Positions 52,529 to 63,869 of a DNA stretch of 64,000 nt are shown here, piece after piece. Each line of letters opens with the position of its first letter. Within the stretch, counting starts at the first letter, position 1. Origin of the DNA: Nitrosopumilus sp. GTDB taxonomy: Archaea > Thermoproteota > Nitrososphaeria > Nitrososphaerales > Nitrosopumilaceae. The notes below the pieces were generated by a model. That model made no database searches. It had not been told where the DNA came from and saw only the letters and a program-made list of their open reading frames with translations. The position numbers and the translations under genes are program-made. The stretch covers positions 2,359,849 through 2,423,848 of the forward strand of contig CBDBLX010000002.1 of the NCBI GenBank assembly GCA_965207445.1. The letters are read 5' to 3'.

Positions 52529-53034
52529 AACATATTCAATGAATCACGACTTTTTAAACTATCCCTGATCTTGACTGCAACACCATTATTCATATCACAC
52601 ATTACATCACATGAAAGTAGTGCCTTTCCAACTGCAATTATCTTTTGATCACACGTGACAGGCACATCAGAATTAGCCCTTACACGGTTACCACATCGTA
52701 CAACATGCTTACAAAATACCGATCGCCCCTGTGCCACAAATATAGCAGCATCTGCTGTGACATCTACACAATATATTGCTGCAAACGACTTTGGCCGTCT
52801 TGAGAGTAATCGTTGTGCAAGATATATGCCAATTGCTAGCCCACCATCAGGCCTCAATGTACCAAGCAGTTTCCCATGACTATCACGAATCCCACGTATA
52901 CGGCCTGTTCTCTTAGAGTATTCTATTACAACATCAGAAGGCAATGCCATACTAGCATTAAAGCCAAACTGTGCATCAATTGTATGTCGTATCTTGAGAA
53001 TGTGATCCATACTAACGCACAAAAAACAAGTCAT
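52525..53034 (-). CDS. PUA-domain protein
   Basis: SKRTGRIR...GRSVFCKHV...AVGKA...GVAVKIR. Confidence 0.8.
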   Translation of the reverse strand: MTCFLCVSMDHILKIRHTIDAQFGFNASMALPSDVVIEYSKRTGRIRGIRDSHGKLLGTLRPDGGLAIGIYLAQRLLSRRPKSFAAIYCVDVTADAAIFVAQGRSVFCKHVVRCGNRVRANSDVPVTCDQKIIAVGKALLSCDVMCDMNNGVAVKIRDSLKSRDSLNML

Positions 53035-53204
53035 TATTAGTTATGCGAAATTATATCAAGTCAATCATCCACCACACGTACCAGAAACCAAGTGTGGTGT
53101 TTGTGTCATATTGTGGTGTTTAATTTGTTTATGATATATATTAATATATTTAAAAATATTTGAATCAAGTTATCATAAAATACATTATAAAAGATCCCAT
53201 ATAA

Positions 53205-53720
53205 TCAAAATATCTGTTGCATGTCTTTTTTGATCTCATCAATCTTTTTTGCGTATGCTTTTTTCACTCTGTCGTTTTTCTTAAAGTTTAAGACTCCGCC
53301 ACACGTTGTACACTTGAACATACTCTCTAATGCATCTTCAAATGTAGTACGGATACATTCATGATTGCCACAATGATAAAAGTCTGAATTGTTCTCATAA
53401 TCTAATCGTTGTTCTAGTCGCTCTCTTATCTTTTTTTTCTGTTTTTCTATAAAATGTTCAACTTCTTCGCGTCGTGTCCTCCACCGATATACGAACCATC
53501 CTTTGCGCTCATCTTTTACCCTGATTCCAGTTATGAGTGATTTCCCAAACAAATCATACAACACCTTACGAACCATGTTTATTCTCAATCCAGTTGAGCT
53601 TGCGATCTCCTCATCAGTCGCATCGTCTGCTTTCAAAAGTGCTATTGCAACTTTAAGGTATTCATCACCACCCAATATTGTTGCAATTTTTACAAATGGA
53701 TCTTCGTATTTTTCTGCCAA
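53205..53720 (-). CDS. tfe: Transcription factor E, alpha subunit
   Basis: TDEEIA...VRKVLY...GWFVYRW; Zn ribbon. Confidence 0.9.
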   Translation of the reverse strand: MAEKYEDPFVKIATILGGDEYLKVAIALLKADDATDEEIASSTGLRINMVRKVLYDLFGKSLITGIRVKDERKGWFVYRWRTRREEVEHFIEKQKKKIRERLEQRLDYENNSDFYHCGNHECIRTTFEDALESMFKCTTCGGVLNFKKNDRVKKAYAKKIDEIKKDMQQIF

Positions 53721-54054
53721 TTATATTTAGGCAACTTTGACATTATTAATCTGTTGTCGATTTTTGTAATTTACATTATAATCTATAAAACCCAATAATA
53801 CACCTCTTAAAATCAAAGATTCTCTTGTAAACATGGGTAGTTGACACTGAATCTACACATGCGTAACTGTAAGAGAATCAAGTAAAACGAAATTTAACAA
53901 TAAATGTGAAAGCAACTACTCATCTTTTAGACAAAATGACAACTGATGAAATTTTTTCCACATCACATATTTTGTGACGTGTCCATGCAAATATGCACGT
54001 TATAGTTAGTTCAACAGATAAGAATATCAGAGTCACCAAAGTAATTATACAATA

Positions 54055-54585
54055 TCAAAGACCCATTACATTCTTACCGTGTCGGGATGGTATGATCTGC
54101 TGTTTTGCACCTGCAAACGTTACATTAAACTGTCTGCCTTTGTGTATACGATCCAATAACACTGCCAAGGCAGATATCTCAGAGTGAGGTTGTCCTCCAA
54201 CACCTACATTGTAGTCTGCCATCTCATATACTTCTCTTGGAACTTTTTTAGCACCAACAACGACTAGTATATCACGATCCTTTAGATGCTCATGCAACGT
54301 ATCTTGTATATCATTTATAGACTCACCGTACATCGACAGATGCACAATTAAATAATTTTGACTTTTTTTAAATTTTAAAACAGGCTTCCATGTATCAATA
54401 TACGTGACCTCAAATTGGCCACCCCATGTGTTATTTATTGCTTGAATCGAGTCTTTGATCTCTGGATTTGCCTCTGTCATGTATATTTTAGATGCACCAA
54501 ATGCACGCGATACCAATGCCACATGGGTAGTGACTCTATCATCTCTTACAGGACGTTGTCCTATTCTCAATACCTCTATTGTCAT
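54055..54585 (-). CDS. trm56: tRNA (cytidine56-2'-O)-methyltransferase
   Basis: [23 protein letters not shown] and [10 protein letters not shown] motifs. Confidence 0.92.
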   Translation of the reverse strand: MTIEVLRIGQRPVRDDRVTTHVALVSRAFGASKIYMTEANPEIKDSIQAINNTWGGQFEVTYIDTWKPVLKFKKSQNYLIVHLSMYGESINDIQDTLHEHLKDRDILVVVGAKKVPREVYEMADYNVGVGGQPHSEISALAVLLDRIHKGRQFNVTFAGAKQQIIPSRHGKNVMGL

Positions 54586-55853
54586 CGTTTATCGCCTGAC
54601 GTACACAGTTCATCATTATCATTATCATTATCATCATTATCATTATCATCATTATCATTATCTGTGTGTGACTGATATGAAATACTCTTTGTTTTTTCAG
54701 ATGTCCGCCCATCATCCATTACAGTAGACATGTTCCATTTCTTGTTTACCACCTTTTTTTCATACTCTGGTGTGACATAAATGATACGACTTGCCATACT
54801 CTTCAACTCTTCTATGTTTTCTCCTGTTTGTGCAGAAATTACAACCCATCGATCATTTTCCACATCTAGTATGTCTGATATTTTGTTGTTTATCACATCT
54901 TTTGCATTTATCATATCTACTTTGTTCAATGCATATATGATACGTCCCCTATCGATACCAATTTCATCGAGTACTCTGTGGCAGCTTGAAATCTTCTTTC
55001 TTATCATTTGAGTAGACTCACTAAAATCTACTACCAATATTATAACATCAACATATCCAAGCTCCTCCAAAGTAGAACGAAATGCATCGATCATATATGC
55101 AGGTAATTTACTGATAAATCCCACAGTGTCAGATATCAGTATTGCTTTTTGTTTTTTTGTTGTCATGTCATATATTGTTGTGCGTCGAGTGGTAGTAGAC
55201 AGTGTAGTAAACAACTCTTTGCTCTTTTGATTGCTCTCACCTGTCAAGTAATTAAATAGCGTAGTCTTGCCTGCTGATGTGTATCCGGCCAATGACAAGG
55301 TACTGAATCCGGCGCGTTTGCGTGCGCGCCTGTGTAGTTCACGCTGACGCCCAGATTTCTCAAGCTTTGTTCGTGTGCTATTCATTCTATTTTTAATATC
55401 ATTATAGTATACATCAACACCAAACTTGCCGATTCCCATAAAACCAGGTTGTTCACCCATACTAGATAATCTCACTCTCTCTTTTGCACGAGCCATCTCA
55501 TAGCGTAATTGTGCAAGTTTTACCTGTAATTTTGACTCTGCACTTGATGCTCGACTCTCAAATATTTCAAGTATCAGTGTCTCTCTGTCAAGTATCTCTT
55601 TGCCAAGCACAGATGCAAGGTTATAATTTTGACTAGGTTTCAATATTTCATCATATATTATTACATCAGGGTTAGTCTCATTTGATATACATTTGAGATT
55701 ATCAAGTGTGCCACTTCCTATTCCATATTTTGGGTGCTTTAGATAGCGTTGCTTTATTACATCAACAAGATCATATCTAGCCGCATCACACAATCCCAAG
55801 GCCTCATCAAGAATATCGTCTCTATCATATGTAATCAATATTGCAGTCTTCAT
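54582..55853 (-). CDS. hflX: GTPase HflX
   Basis: [27 protein letters not shown] and NKVD motifs. Confidence 0.92.
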   Translation of the reverse strand: MKTAILITYDRDDILDEALGLCDAARYDLVDVIKQRYLKHPKYGIGSGTLDNLKCISNETNPDVIIYDEILKPSQNYNLASVLGKEILDRETLILEIFESRASSAESKLQVKLAQLRYEMARAKERVRLSSMGEQPGFMGIGKFGVDVYYNDIKNRMNSTRTKLEKSGRQRELHRRARKRAGFSTLSLAGYTSAGKTTLFNYLTGESNQKSKELFTTLSTTTRRTTIYDMTTKKQKAILISDTVGFISKLPAYMIDAFRSTLEELGYVDVIILVVDFSESTQMIRKKISSCHRVLDEIGIDRGRIIYALNKVDMINAKDVINNKISDILDVENDRWVVISAQTGENIEELKSMASRIIYVTPEYEKKVVNKKWNMSTVMDDGRTSEKTKSISYQSHTDNDNDDNDNDDNDNDNDELCTSGDKR

Positions 55854-55883
55854 ATCTTGCTCACTTTTGTTAACAGTATGTAA

Positions 55884-56933
55884 CTATTGTTTAGATTTTT
55901 TCAGTGCTTTTTCAATATTCATGTTTAGTACGATCTCAGATATGTCACTTGCATACTCTGCAATTCGCTTTATGTTCTCAGACATTCTTCTTATACGATA
56001 GGTCTCCTCATCATCTTTGAGTTTCTTTACTGACTCGATCAAGTCATTCTCATATAATGTAATTTCACTACATCTAACTATGGTCTGCTCTGCCTGTACA
56101 TAGTCTTCTTTGAACAATGCCAAGCATGCATCATCTAGTACCGACAAACAAAAACCATTCATGTCTTGAAGTTTTTCAAGAAAGTCTTTGCTGATGGTCT
56201 TTTTAAATTCCAATATGTCACTTGCTATTCGAGAAGCATGATCACCTGTTCTCTCAATATTTTTAACAACCAACCTATAACCAAGACAATTTCGCGCATT
56301 GCTAAATCCGATCTCTTTTAATACATGCTCATTTTGTATAGCTATTTTCAGTTGACGTATTATGTAAAATCCAAATCTATCAACTTCATCATCAGTGTTA
56401 ATGACCTCTTTTGCAAGCTCAAGGTTGTTCTCTTGCACGGACAGTAATGCATCCTTGCACATGGATTTTGCCAAATGTACCATTCGTTTGAATGCCCCAT
56501 CTACTGACAATTCTAAAAAGTTCACTAGTACCTGCACAGTTATCTCACTACTCGAATCTGATGTTATCTCAGAGCCCATCAGCATTCTTTTTACAGACTC
56601 TTTTATGGTACTCCTTTGGTTAGTATCAAGTCTGCCATTTTTTGGTTTTATAATAATTGATTTAAATCCTAAAAAGTATAATGATATAAGCTTACGAATG
56701 ATACTTGAGGGTTCCTCTTTGTCGTTGATCTCAAGTATTGCATCCTCTTTCCTTGGAGTTCTAGATTCGTACTTTGGAGGATAAATCTCAAGCGCAGTTG
56801 CACTCTTTCTCCTAATCTTGATCTGATCTCCTCGCTTCAAACCCAGATCGTTGATCCAATCTTTTGGTAATGTCACTATATAAGAAGACTTGCCGGTAAA
56901 TTGAATCTTACGGGTCTCTTCATTTTCACTCAT
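55884..56933 (-). CDS. phoU: AbrB-PhoU phosphate uptake regulator
   Basis: RKIQFTGKSSYIVTLPK; DDEVDR; ERTGDH. Confidence 0.85.
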   Translation of the reverse strand: MSENEETRKIQFTGKSSYIVTLPKDWINDLGLKRGDQIKIRRKSATALEIYPPKYESRTPRKEDAILEINDKEEPSSIIRKLISLYFLGFKSIIIKPKNGRLDTNQRSTIKESVKRMLMGSEITSDSSSEITVQVLVNFLELSVDGAFKRMVHLAKSMCKDALLSVQENNLELAKEVINTDDEVDRFGFYIIRQLKIAIQNEHVLKEIGFSNARNCLGYRLVVKNIERTGDHASRIASDILEFKKTISKDFLEKLQDMNGFCLSVLDDACLALFKEDYVQAEQTIVRCSEITLYENDLIESVKKLKDDEETYRIRRMSENIKRIAEYASDISEIVLNMNIEKALKKSKQ

Positions 56934-57042
56934 TTACTTTATAGTTTTAAAACTTCTATATAGTTTGTGCCATAAGTTCAACTATCTGTCACTGCTCACG
57001 ATAACATTTTGACACATATCAGTCCAACATTTTAAAACACAC

Positions 57043-57507
57043 ATGAAAAACATGTATAAATATAAAATATTTAGAGTGATTACAATGACACAAGAAGTAT
57101 TACTAACCAACACAATTAAAGAAAATACCTTGAGGATACTCAAAGAGATAGAGCGGCAGTCACCGACTCACTTTCAATTATACTCAGACATGTATAAAGA
57201 ATATATACATATATTAGATAACATGTTCACTATGTTATCTATCTCAGAAAAAGAGATCAAAAACAAGATAAACATAGATGACAGTATTATATCAAATATA
57301 GGACAGAATACAAAAGGCATGACAGAGACATTTTTGGAATACATTGACAACTATAGGGAGTATCTGCACATGTATGCAAAAACTCACTCAGAGATGGTAA
57401 ATACATATAACAAACAGATGCACACGGCTATTGGCCTATATACACAGTTTGTCTCAAACAGTGCAAAGTGGTTTAATACATACAACAATAATATACAAAA
57501 GTGCTGA
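57043..57507 (+). CDS. Hypothetical protein
   Basis: 154-aa ORF directly upstream of the aldehyde dehydrogenase. Confidence 0.55.
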   Translation: MKNMYKYKIFRVITMTQEVLLTNTIKENTLRILKEIERQSPTHFQLYSDMYKEYIHILDNMFTMLSISEKEIKNKINIDDSIISNIGQNTKGMTETFLEYIDNYREYLHMYAKTHSEMVNTYNKQMHTAIGLYTQFVSNSAKWFNTYNNNIQKC

Positions 57508-58913
57508 AAATGACTATGAAATTTAATACCGTAAACCCTGCTACAGCAAAGATATTATCCACATACGAGGCAATGTCTGAGTCTCAGATAACAGAGAGGA
57601 TTAGCAGGGCAAAACGAGCATATCCAGAATGGAAAAAAGACTATGAGAAACGGCGCAGTTATGTGTATAATTTAGTCGAATATTTAAAGAAACATAAAAA
57701 CGAGATGGCAAAAGTTGCGACTGCTGAGATGGGCAAGGTCATAAAAGAGTCCATAGGTGAGATAGAAAAGTGTGTGTGGGTACTAGAATTTTACGCAGAT
57801 CATGGAGACAGTTTTCTAGCTGATGAGGTACTAAACACAGATGCAAGAAAAAGCTTTTTGACATTTGAGCCATTGGGTGTAATAGGTTCGATAATGCCAT
57901 GGAACTTTCCATATTGGCAGGCACTACGATTTGCAGCACCATGTATCATGGCAGGAAATGTCATTGTGATGAAACCTGCAAGTGTGACACCACAATCAGG
58001 TATTGAGATAGAGTCGGCATTTCAAGAAGCAGGAATTCCCGATGGTGTATTTCAATGCATAGTCGGAAATGTAGACACTGCAAATCATATGATCGACTCA
58101 CCAGGAATCAATGCAGTCACATTTACTGGAAGCGCATATGCAGGTGCAATGGTGGGGCAAAGGTCATCGGCCAATCTCAAAAAGTGTGTACTAGAATTGG
58201 GCGGAAGCGATCCATTCATCGTATTGGATGATGCAATAATAGACGAGGCCGCCAAGGGAGCAGTAAAGGGCAGATTTATCAACTGCGGACAGAGTTGTAT
58301 TGCATCAAAGAGATTCATTGTAGCAAAAAATGTAGCAGAGGTATTTGCCGAAAAATTTGTCAAAGAAGCATCCAAACTTGTGGTAGGCGATCCTATGAGC
58401 ATGGACTCAGACTTGGGTCCTATTGCAAACAAATCTGGATTTGATACCATATCAAATATAGTAAAAGATGCAAAAGTAAAAGGTGCAACGGTCTTATTAG
58501 GAGGTGAGCCAGTAGACAAGGACGCAGAAGGATTTTTCTACAAACCAACCATATTAACTGGCGTGACATCAGATATGAAAATAGCTAAAGAAGAGACATT
58601 TGGACCAATTGCGCCAATTACAATAGTAGAGAACGAATCAGAGGCAATAAAAATTGCAAACGATTCAGAGTATGGACTCGGGGCAAGTATATGGACTAGA
58701 GACTTGAGTAAAGCAGAAAAATTATCACGTAGAATAGAGTCAGGAATAGTCAGTGTGAATAATGTAGTTGTATCAGACCCAAGGGTGCCATTTGGCGGGG
58801 TAAAACATAGTGGATTCGGCCGCGAGTTATCAAGATATGGAATGCTAGAGTTTGTAAACGTAAAGTCAGTAAGATTTTATGATAATCTGACGCATCAACA
58901 TTACGTAGAATAG
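57501..58913 (+). CDS. NAD(P)-dependent aldehyde (succinate-semialdehyde-like) dehydrogenase
   Basis: PWNFP, FTGS, LELGG, GQSC, EETFGP and PFGG motifs. Confidence 0.92.
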   Translation: MLKMTMKFNTVNPATAKILSTYEAMSESQITERISRAKRAYPEWKKDYEKRRSYVYNLVEYLKKHKNEMAKVATAEMGKVIKESIGEIEKCVWVLEFYADHGDSFLADEVLNTDARKSFLTFEPLGVIGSIMPWNFPYWQALRFAAPCIMAGNVIVMKPASVTPQSGIEIESAFQEAGIPDGVFQCIVGNVDTANHMIDSPGINAVTFTGSAYAGAMVGQRSSANLKKCVLELGGSDPFIVLDDAIIDEAAKGAVKGRFINCGQSCIASKRFIVAKNVAEVFAEKFVKEASKLVVGDPMSMDSDLGPIANKSGFDTISNIVKDAKVKGATVLLGGEPVDKDAEGFFYKPTILTGVTSDMKIAKEETFGPIAPITIVENESEAIKIANDSEYGLGASIWTRDLSKAEKLSRRIESGIVSVNNVVVSDPRVPFGGVKHSGFGRELSRYGMLEFVNVKSVRFYDNLTHQHYVE

Positions 58914-58916
58914 CGA

Positions 58917-59477
58917 TCAAGATGGTTTGTGATTTGAAACATCACGTTCAAGATCTCCGGCAAGTTGCTCATAATGATCTCTAGTCTTTCCCACTATACG
59001 TAGTTGTTCGTCTTCGATATCTTTGAGATTGTCATCCATTTTCTGTGATACGTGTTGTAGGCGCGCCTCTGCCATGGCAAACAATCGATTGTTCTCTTTC
59101 CACAGATGTTCTGTTACGTGCTCAACGTACTGTTTCATATCGTGTATTAGATCCGAAGAATCACCTGACTCGAGATACTTTAGAGCAGACTTTTCCATAT
59201 TATGGCCAATCTCTCGTGTACGTACATGATCAGCCAACATTACAGGAATAGGTCCCATACTAGTAGGCATGCCGGCATCTGCAAGAGCAGGAAAGAGTGA
59301 CTTTTCTTCTTTTGTATGGTGGCACACATCTGTAAAATTCTTGGTAAAGTCTACTACAGGTAAAAGTATGAACTCTGGTATCTTTTTTCCATCTTGAAGT
59401 AATTGTATTGTAGACTCCATAGCTCGAGTCACCTTTGTAATTAAATCATGATCACGTCGTAATGATGTAGTTGACAT
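58917..59477 (-). CDS. Hemerythrin-domain protein
   Basis: RDH...HHTKEE..LFP...DH...HLWKEN. Confidence 0.85.
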   Translation of the reverse strand: MSTTSLRRDHDLITKVTRAMESTIQLLQDGKKIPEFILLPVVDFTKNFTDVCHHTKEEKSLFPALADAGMPTSMGPIPVMLADHVRTREIGHNMEKSALKYLESGDSSDLIHDMKQYVEHVTEHLWKENNRLFAMAEARLQHVSQKMDDNLKDIEDEQLRIVGKTRDHYEQLAGDLERDVSNHKPS

Positions 59478-59749
59478 ACAACAAGTATCAAATGTTCTAG
59501 TTATATTTATGTACGTGATCACCCTCATCTTAATGAAGGTAGATTTTTACCTTTATCTTTGTGACATTAAAAAATGGATAATCCAACTCTGCATTGGATC
59601 TTACACTCTTATTTGGAGTAACAGGTATATTTTTTGAGAACACATTTGAAAGTATCTCCGATTGGTTCTAGTACACTTGGATCAAAAAATATGTATTATA
59701 TGTTCAATTTATTATAAAATATAAAATTTACGAAATAAAATAAATTCAT

Positions 59750-60004
59750 TTAAAATATACCAGGCTCACCATACAGGCATGCGAGGTGTGTATATATCTC
59801 ATCTGCAGGATTCGTACCACGTGGAAATAAATCAGACTTACCATTCACTTTATCACCCATATACAATTCCACAGTCACATCATCATTACCAGATTCATTA
59901 AAGACAAGTACATGTGGCTCATTTTGTGGAGTATTTTGTAATAATGAACAACCTTCATTTGTTAATTCAATAATACGTTCCTTTGAAAGTCGTATATTAG
60001 TCAT
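59750..60004 (-). CDS. Small hypothetical protein
   Basis: 84-aa ORF. Confidence 0.45.
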   Translation of the reverse strand: MTNIRLSKERIIELTNEGCSLLQNTPQNEPHVLVFNESGNDDVTVELYMGDKVNGKSDLFPRGTNPADEIYTHLACLYGEPGIF

Positions 60005-60310
60005 GGTGCAGCACTCCGTATTATGTTAAAAATAGTTGACCTATCACGACCGTCTTCTTGGTTTATGTAACATATTTCTTCATCCCCCATAACACATGTT
60101 AAATTTGTGCCATCAGTAAACACTGAACAACCCCCCACTAGACGCGCAGTTATTTTGAACTGTATCTATAATACGTTCAATCTCTGCATCTGATACTCCC
60201 ATATACCTATTATATTTAATCCTCTTATATATGTGGTGTAACTTATTTCATCTATTTCTTAAACTATTCTAATTATTTTAGATATGTTCTAATTATGTAC
60301 ATATTTATTA

Positions 60311-60385
60311 TAAATTATATTTGTTACAAATTATATTTGTTACAAATTATATTTATTACAAATTATACTTATTACAAATTATACT
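60311..60385. repeat. AT-rich ~16-bp tandem repeat (ACAAATTATATTTGTT), about 5 copies
   Basis: Visible intergenic minisatellite. Confidence 0.75.
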
Positions 60386-60426
60386 ATTATATAAATAAAA
60401 TACATTCATAACAGAACAAATACATG

Positions 60427-61152
60427 TTAGTATGGTACATAGGATAATATTATATGGTCACCGAGCCGTTTGGAATATTTGAGACGTAGTTTTGGTGAGT
60501 CAGAGAGTCGTGTAAATCCAGAACCACCTACAAATGACACAACATCACTGCCTTGATTACCACCTAACACGTGTGGAGATATTGCAACTATTATCTCGTC
60601 AAACAATCGTTTTTGAATAAATGACCAGTTCACCGTACTCCCGCCTTCAACCATAACAGTACGTATACCAAAATTAGTAGCCAAATGTGAAAGAAGTCTT
60701 TTGATATCAACTGTGTGCTTGCCAATTACAATCACATCAACAGATGAGTTTTGTAATAGTTTTGATATGGACTGTTTAGAGGCGGCTTTTGAAACAGCTA
60801 TTATTGTTTTGATCGAATCACTTGACTGAACAATCTTAGAGTCAAGTGGTGTTTGTGCACAAGAGTCAAGTATCACTCGAACTGGATTGTGATGTTGTTT
60901 TGTGGGTAGTTTGGTATGTCGTACTGTAAGGAGCGGGTCATCAGACAATACAGTGTTAATTCCAACTAGTATTGCATCATGACAAGCTCGTAGTCGGTGT
61001 ACTCTGGCAGTATCATCCACAGAAGAGAGCGTCACAGTATTTCCACGAGCACCAGAAATCTTCCCATCAATGGATATAGTAGCACTCAGTACAACTCGGG
61101 GTCTGTTATTTTTGGCAAATATTTGAGCCTTCTCAGATCTGACCATGTACAA
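60427..61152 (-). CDS. 2,5-diamino-6-ribosylamino-4(3H)-pyrimidinone 5'-phosphate reductase (RibD C-terminal type)
   Basis: SIDGKI, VGINTVLSDDPLLTVR, PVRVILD and VEGG motifs. Confidence 0.88.
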   Translation of the reverse strand: MYMVRSEKAQIFAKNNRPRVVLSATISIDGKISGARGNTVTLSSVDDTARVHRLRACHDAILVGINTVLSDDPLLTVRHTKLPTKQHHNPVRVILDSCAQTPLDSKIVQSSDSIKTIIAVSKAASKQSISKLLQNSSVDVIVIGKHTVDIKRLLSHLATNFGIRTVMVEGGSTVNWSFIQKRLFDEIIVAISPHVLGGNQGSDVVSFVGGSGFTRLSDSPKLRLKYSKRLGDHIILSYVPY

Positions 61153-62488
61153 TCTTTCCCCTTATCATAACTGCCTTTATGGATGATATGTCTACTCTAT
61201 GTACAATTGCAGCGTGTGGATTGTGCATGGGTTCAACCTCAATTGAGTGTTTATCAATAAACACGCAATCGGCTATCATACCAGATGCAATCTGTCCTAT
61301 ATCCAAATCAAGTATAGCACCAGCATTAACAGTTGCCATCTTTAATATCTCGACTGGTTCTACTGTCTCTTTGTGCATACCCATAGTCAGTTTCCATATG
61401 TAATCCATCTCCCGAAACATATCAGGAGTATTTACCATAACATTGTCAGTGCCAAGTGCCAACTTACAATGAGAGTGTCGCTGCATCGTAATTATATCGG
61501 GGAGTCCTTCTGCCAAAGCTGAATTTGCACGTGGACACACTACAATACCTCTGACACTAGATGACTCTGCAACTGCCTCTAAATCATGTACAGTGGCATA
61601 AGTCATATGAACTAAAAAATTAGGCATGAACTTGAGGGCCCTGATAGTCTCAGAAGTGCCAGTGAGTATTTCTGAGTGAGATGTACTCTCTTGTGTCTCT
61701 GCGGCATGTATTGCACGTAGTGTGTCACATTTAGAGTATGTTTCAAGTACAGCATCACTATTTTCATTTGCACCGCTTATTCCAAGGCCATTGCACTCTA
61801 GTATGAGATTCTGTAATTCAGAGATCTTTTCTTGTGACAGGGGTGTGTCATTGTGTATATCATCAGAGTTATGATAATTGTCAATTCGTCCCATTATGAT
61901 GCCACGTATTGGTATTTGATCAAGTGCACGTCGTAGCATCCTTGTGCCCAAAAGCCCCCCTTCTCTAAAATCAACAAAGGTTGTGGTGCCACCTTTGAGC
62001 ATCAACATACACGAGTATTTCATGAATTCAACAAGAGTATCAGGTGGAGTTTGAGATAGTATGCGAGATTTCAAACCAAATACAGGGTGTATTTTTTGGT
62101 CTACGGTTCCTTTTAGTCTTGCATCTTTCCCAATAGAATCACCAATATGTGTATGACAGTTTATTAAACCAGGCATTACAAGTAATCCTTTGCAATCAAT
62201 TACAGTATGATTAGTATGAGTTGTATCAAATGCTGTATCAAATGAGGTATCAAATGTCGTGTCAGTATCAGTAATGTGACTAGTAGTGTGACTAGTAGTG
62301 TGATCATCATTATGAGAAGAATATTTCATATCATCACCATGAACCAAATCATCTGTCACAACAGAGACAAACCTATCACCCTCAATAACAATATCAGCAC
62401 AAGGCAAATACGCCAAATCAGAACCATATAAAACAGAAGCATCTTTAAGTAATAATCGATGTGCCATATATTCATCCACCAAGATCAA
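61133..62488 (-). CDS. Metal-dependent amidohydrolase/deaminase
   Basis: PGLINCHTH, IHAAE, LVH, CPRAN and LGTDN motifs. Confidence 0.88.
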   Translation of the reverse strand: MILVDEYMAHRLLLKDASVLYGSDLAYLPCADIVIEGDRFVSVVTDDLVHGDDMKYSSHNDDHTTSHTTSHITDTDTTFDTSFDTAFDTTHTNHTVIDCKGLLVMPGLINCHTHIGDSIGKDARLKGTVDQKIHPVFGLKSRILSQTPPDTLVEFMKYSCMLMLKGGTTTFVDFREGGLLGTRMLRRALDQIPIRGIIMGRIDNYHNSDDIHNDTPLSQEKISELQNLILECNGLGISGANENSDAVLETYSKCDTLRAIHAAETQESTSHSEILTGTSETIRALKFMPNFLVHMTYATVHDLEAVAESSSVRGIVVCPRANSALAEGLPDIITMQRHSHCKLALGTDNVMVNTPDMFREMDYIWKLTMGMHKETVEPVEILKMATVNAGAILDLDIGQIASGMIADCVFIDKHSIEVEPMHNPHAAIVHRVDISSIKAVMIRGKIVHGQI

Positions 62489-63387
62489 AAATGTCTCTTT
62501 GTGGCATGCTCGTACACTTGTGATTTTTGAGGATGTTTTGTTGATGATGTATCAGATGTAATATTTTCACCAACATGCGACATGTATGATGGATCATCAC
62601 GCATCTTTCGTATCATATCAAGTGATTCAGTTGCAAGACAAGCAGCATCCCGTGCAGTGGGTGCACTCCCTATACCACAATTGAGTTTTACACCATCTTG
62701 TTGATATATCATGTCAACAAATTTTCGAGCAGCGGCCTTGGCAGAGTCTGAGGATATTATCATAAAGTTATCACCACCCATAAAGAATGCCAACGAATCA
62801 TAATCATAGAAAAACAAAGACATCTTGTGATACAGTCCAAACATTAAAAGTGATATATCATACGGACTCAAGTCACGATTGCCAAGTCCATCAATGTCCA
62901 TATGCATTATTGTCACATTAGATGATAATCTCATAGATTCATCAAGAGGGTCTTTTTTGGATTCAGCATCTAGAGTAGAGCCAAATATCATGTAGTCTTT
63001 TTTTTCTAATGTGGATTCGGATCTCAAGGATAAACCATCATTATTATTATTATTTTGAGAGTTAGAGATAGATTCATGTGCCATATTATTTGCTATCAGA
63101 GGAGTTTTCCCATATCCTATTGCAATTCTTATGCGTAGATTTTGAAATTTTGAGATTAAAGTATCTTGAATAGCCTTGTGGGACTCTAAGTCAAGACCAT
63201 TGCTAAGTACTATGAGCTCATCTGCACGGTTTGAGAACACGAGACATCTGCGTTCAGAAAATAGTCTCTGTACCTCTTTGTACAATGATGCCTGAAGCAT
63301 CTGTAATTCATGTTCTCTATCACTTCCTAGTGTAAGCGTCCAAGGCCCATATCCAACAATTGTAAGAACACTCAATTGTACCGTCAC
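62485..63387 (-). CDS. gch3: GTP cyclohydrolase III (IIa)
   Basis: GYGPWTLTLGSDREHELQMLQ; FMGGDNF. Confidence 0.9.
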   Translation of the reverse strand: MTVQLSVLTIVGYGPWTLTLGSDREHELQMLQASLYKEVQRLFSERRCLVFSNRADELIVLSNGLDLESHKAIQDTLISKFQNLRIRIAIGYGKTPLIANNMAHESISNSQNNNNNDGLSLRSESTLEKKDYMIFGSTLDAESKKDPLDESMRLSSNVTIMHMDIDGLGNRDLSPYDISLLMFGLYHKMSLFFYDYDSLAFFMGGDNFMIISSDSAKAAARKFVDMIYQQDGVKLNCGIGSAPTARDAACLATESLDMIRKMRDDPSYMSHVGENITSDTSSTKHPQKSQVYEHATKRHF

Positions 63388-63449
63388 GATGCAACACCTC
63401 TAACTTTATATGTATATATTAAATTCACCTTTATCAACACTCCTACCAT

Positions 63450-63869
63450 TCACAACATACGAATTTTTGCAAGTTCACCATCTATTTGTAGTACAGCTTC
63501 GACGGCACGCTGAGCAACAGGCCGTATACGTGCAAGCGCGTGTTGTTCTTGCATTCCTGGACCCGTCACACCAAGTGACACTGGCTTGCCATATTTGACA
63601 GATAACTCCGATAGTATCCGCGCAGTAGAGTGTCCTATCACCTCATCGTGTTTTGTCTGCCCCTTTATTATTGCTCCAAGTGTCACTATACCATCGACAT
63701 CATCTTTACGTAATAATGCATCCACAACAACTGGCATATCAAATGAACCCGGGACCCATGATGTATGCACCACATTAAGATTTAGTGATGCGGCGTGTTC
63801 TTTTGCCACATCATACATGCGTGACGTTACATCATAATTGAACTTTGCAGATACAATAGCGATTCTCAT
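63450..63869 (-). CDS. ribH: 6,7-dimethyl-8-ribityllumazine synthase
   Basis: VSAKFN, VPGSFDMP, LGAIIKGQTKHD and KPVSLGV motifs. Confidence 0.93.
   Translation of the reverse strand: MRIAIVSAKFNYDVTSRMYDVAKEHAASLNLNVVHTSWVPGSFDMPVVVDALLRKDDVDGIVTLGAIIKGQTKHDEVIGHSTARILSELSVKYGKPVSLGVTGPGMQEQHALARIRPVAQRAVEAVLQIDGELAKIRML

Noticed and set aside
60040..60202. Small ORF MGVSDAEIERII...
   Set aside because: It stops early, possibly from a frameshift at a G-run, and has no identifiable family.
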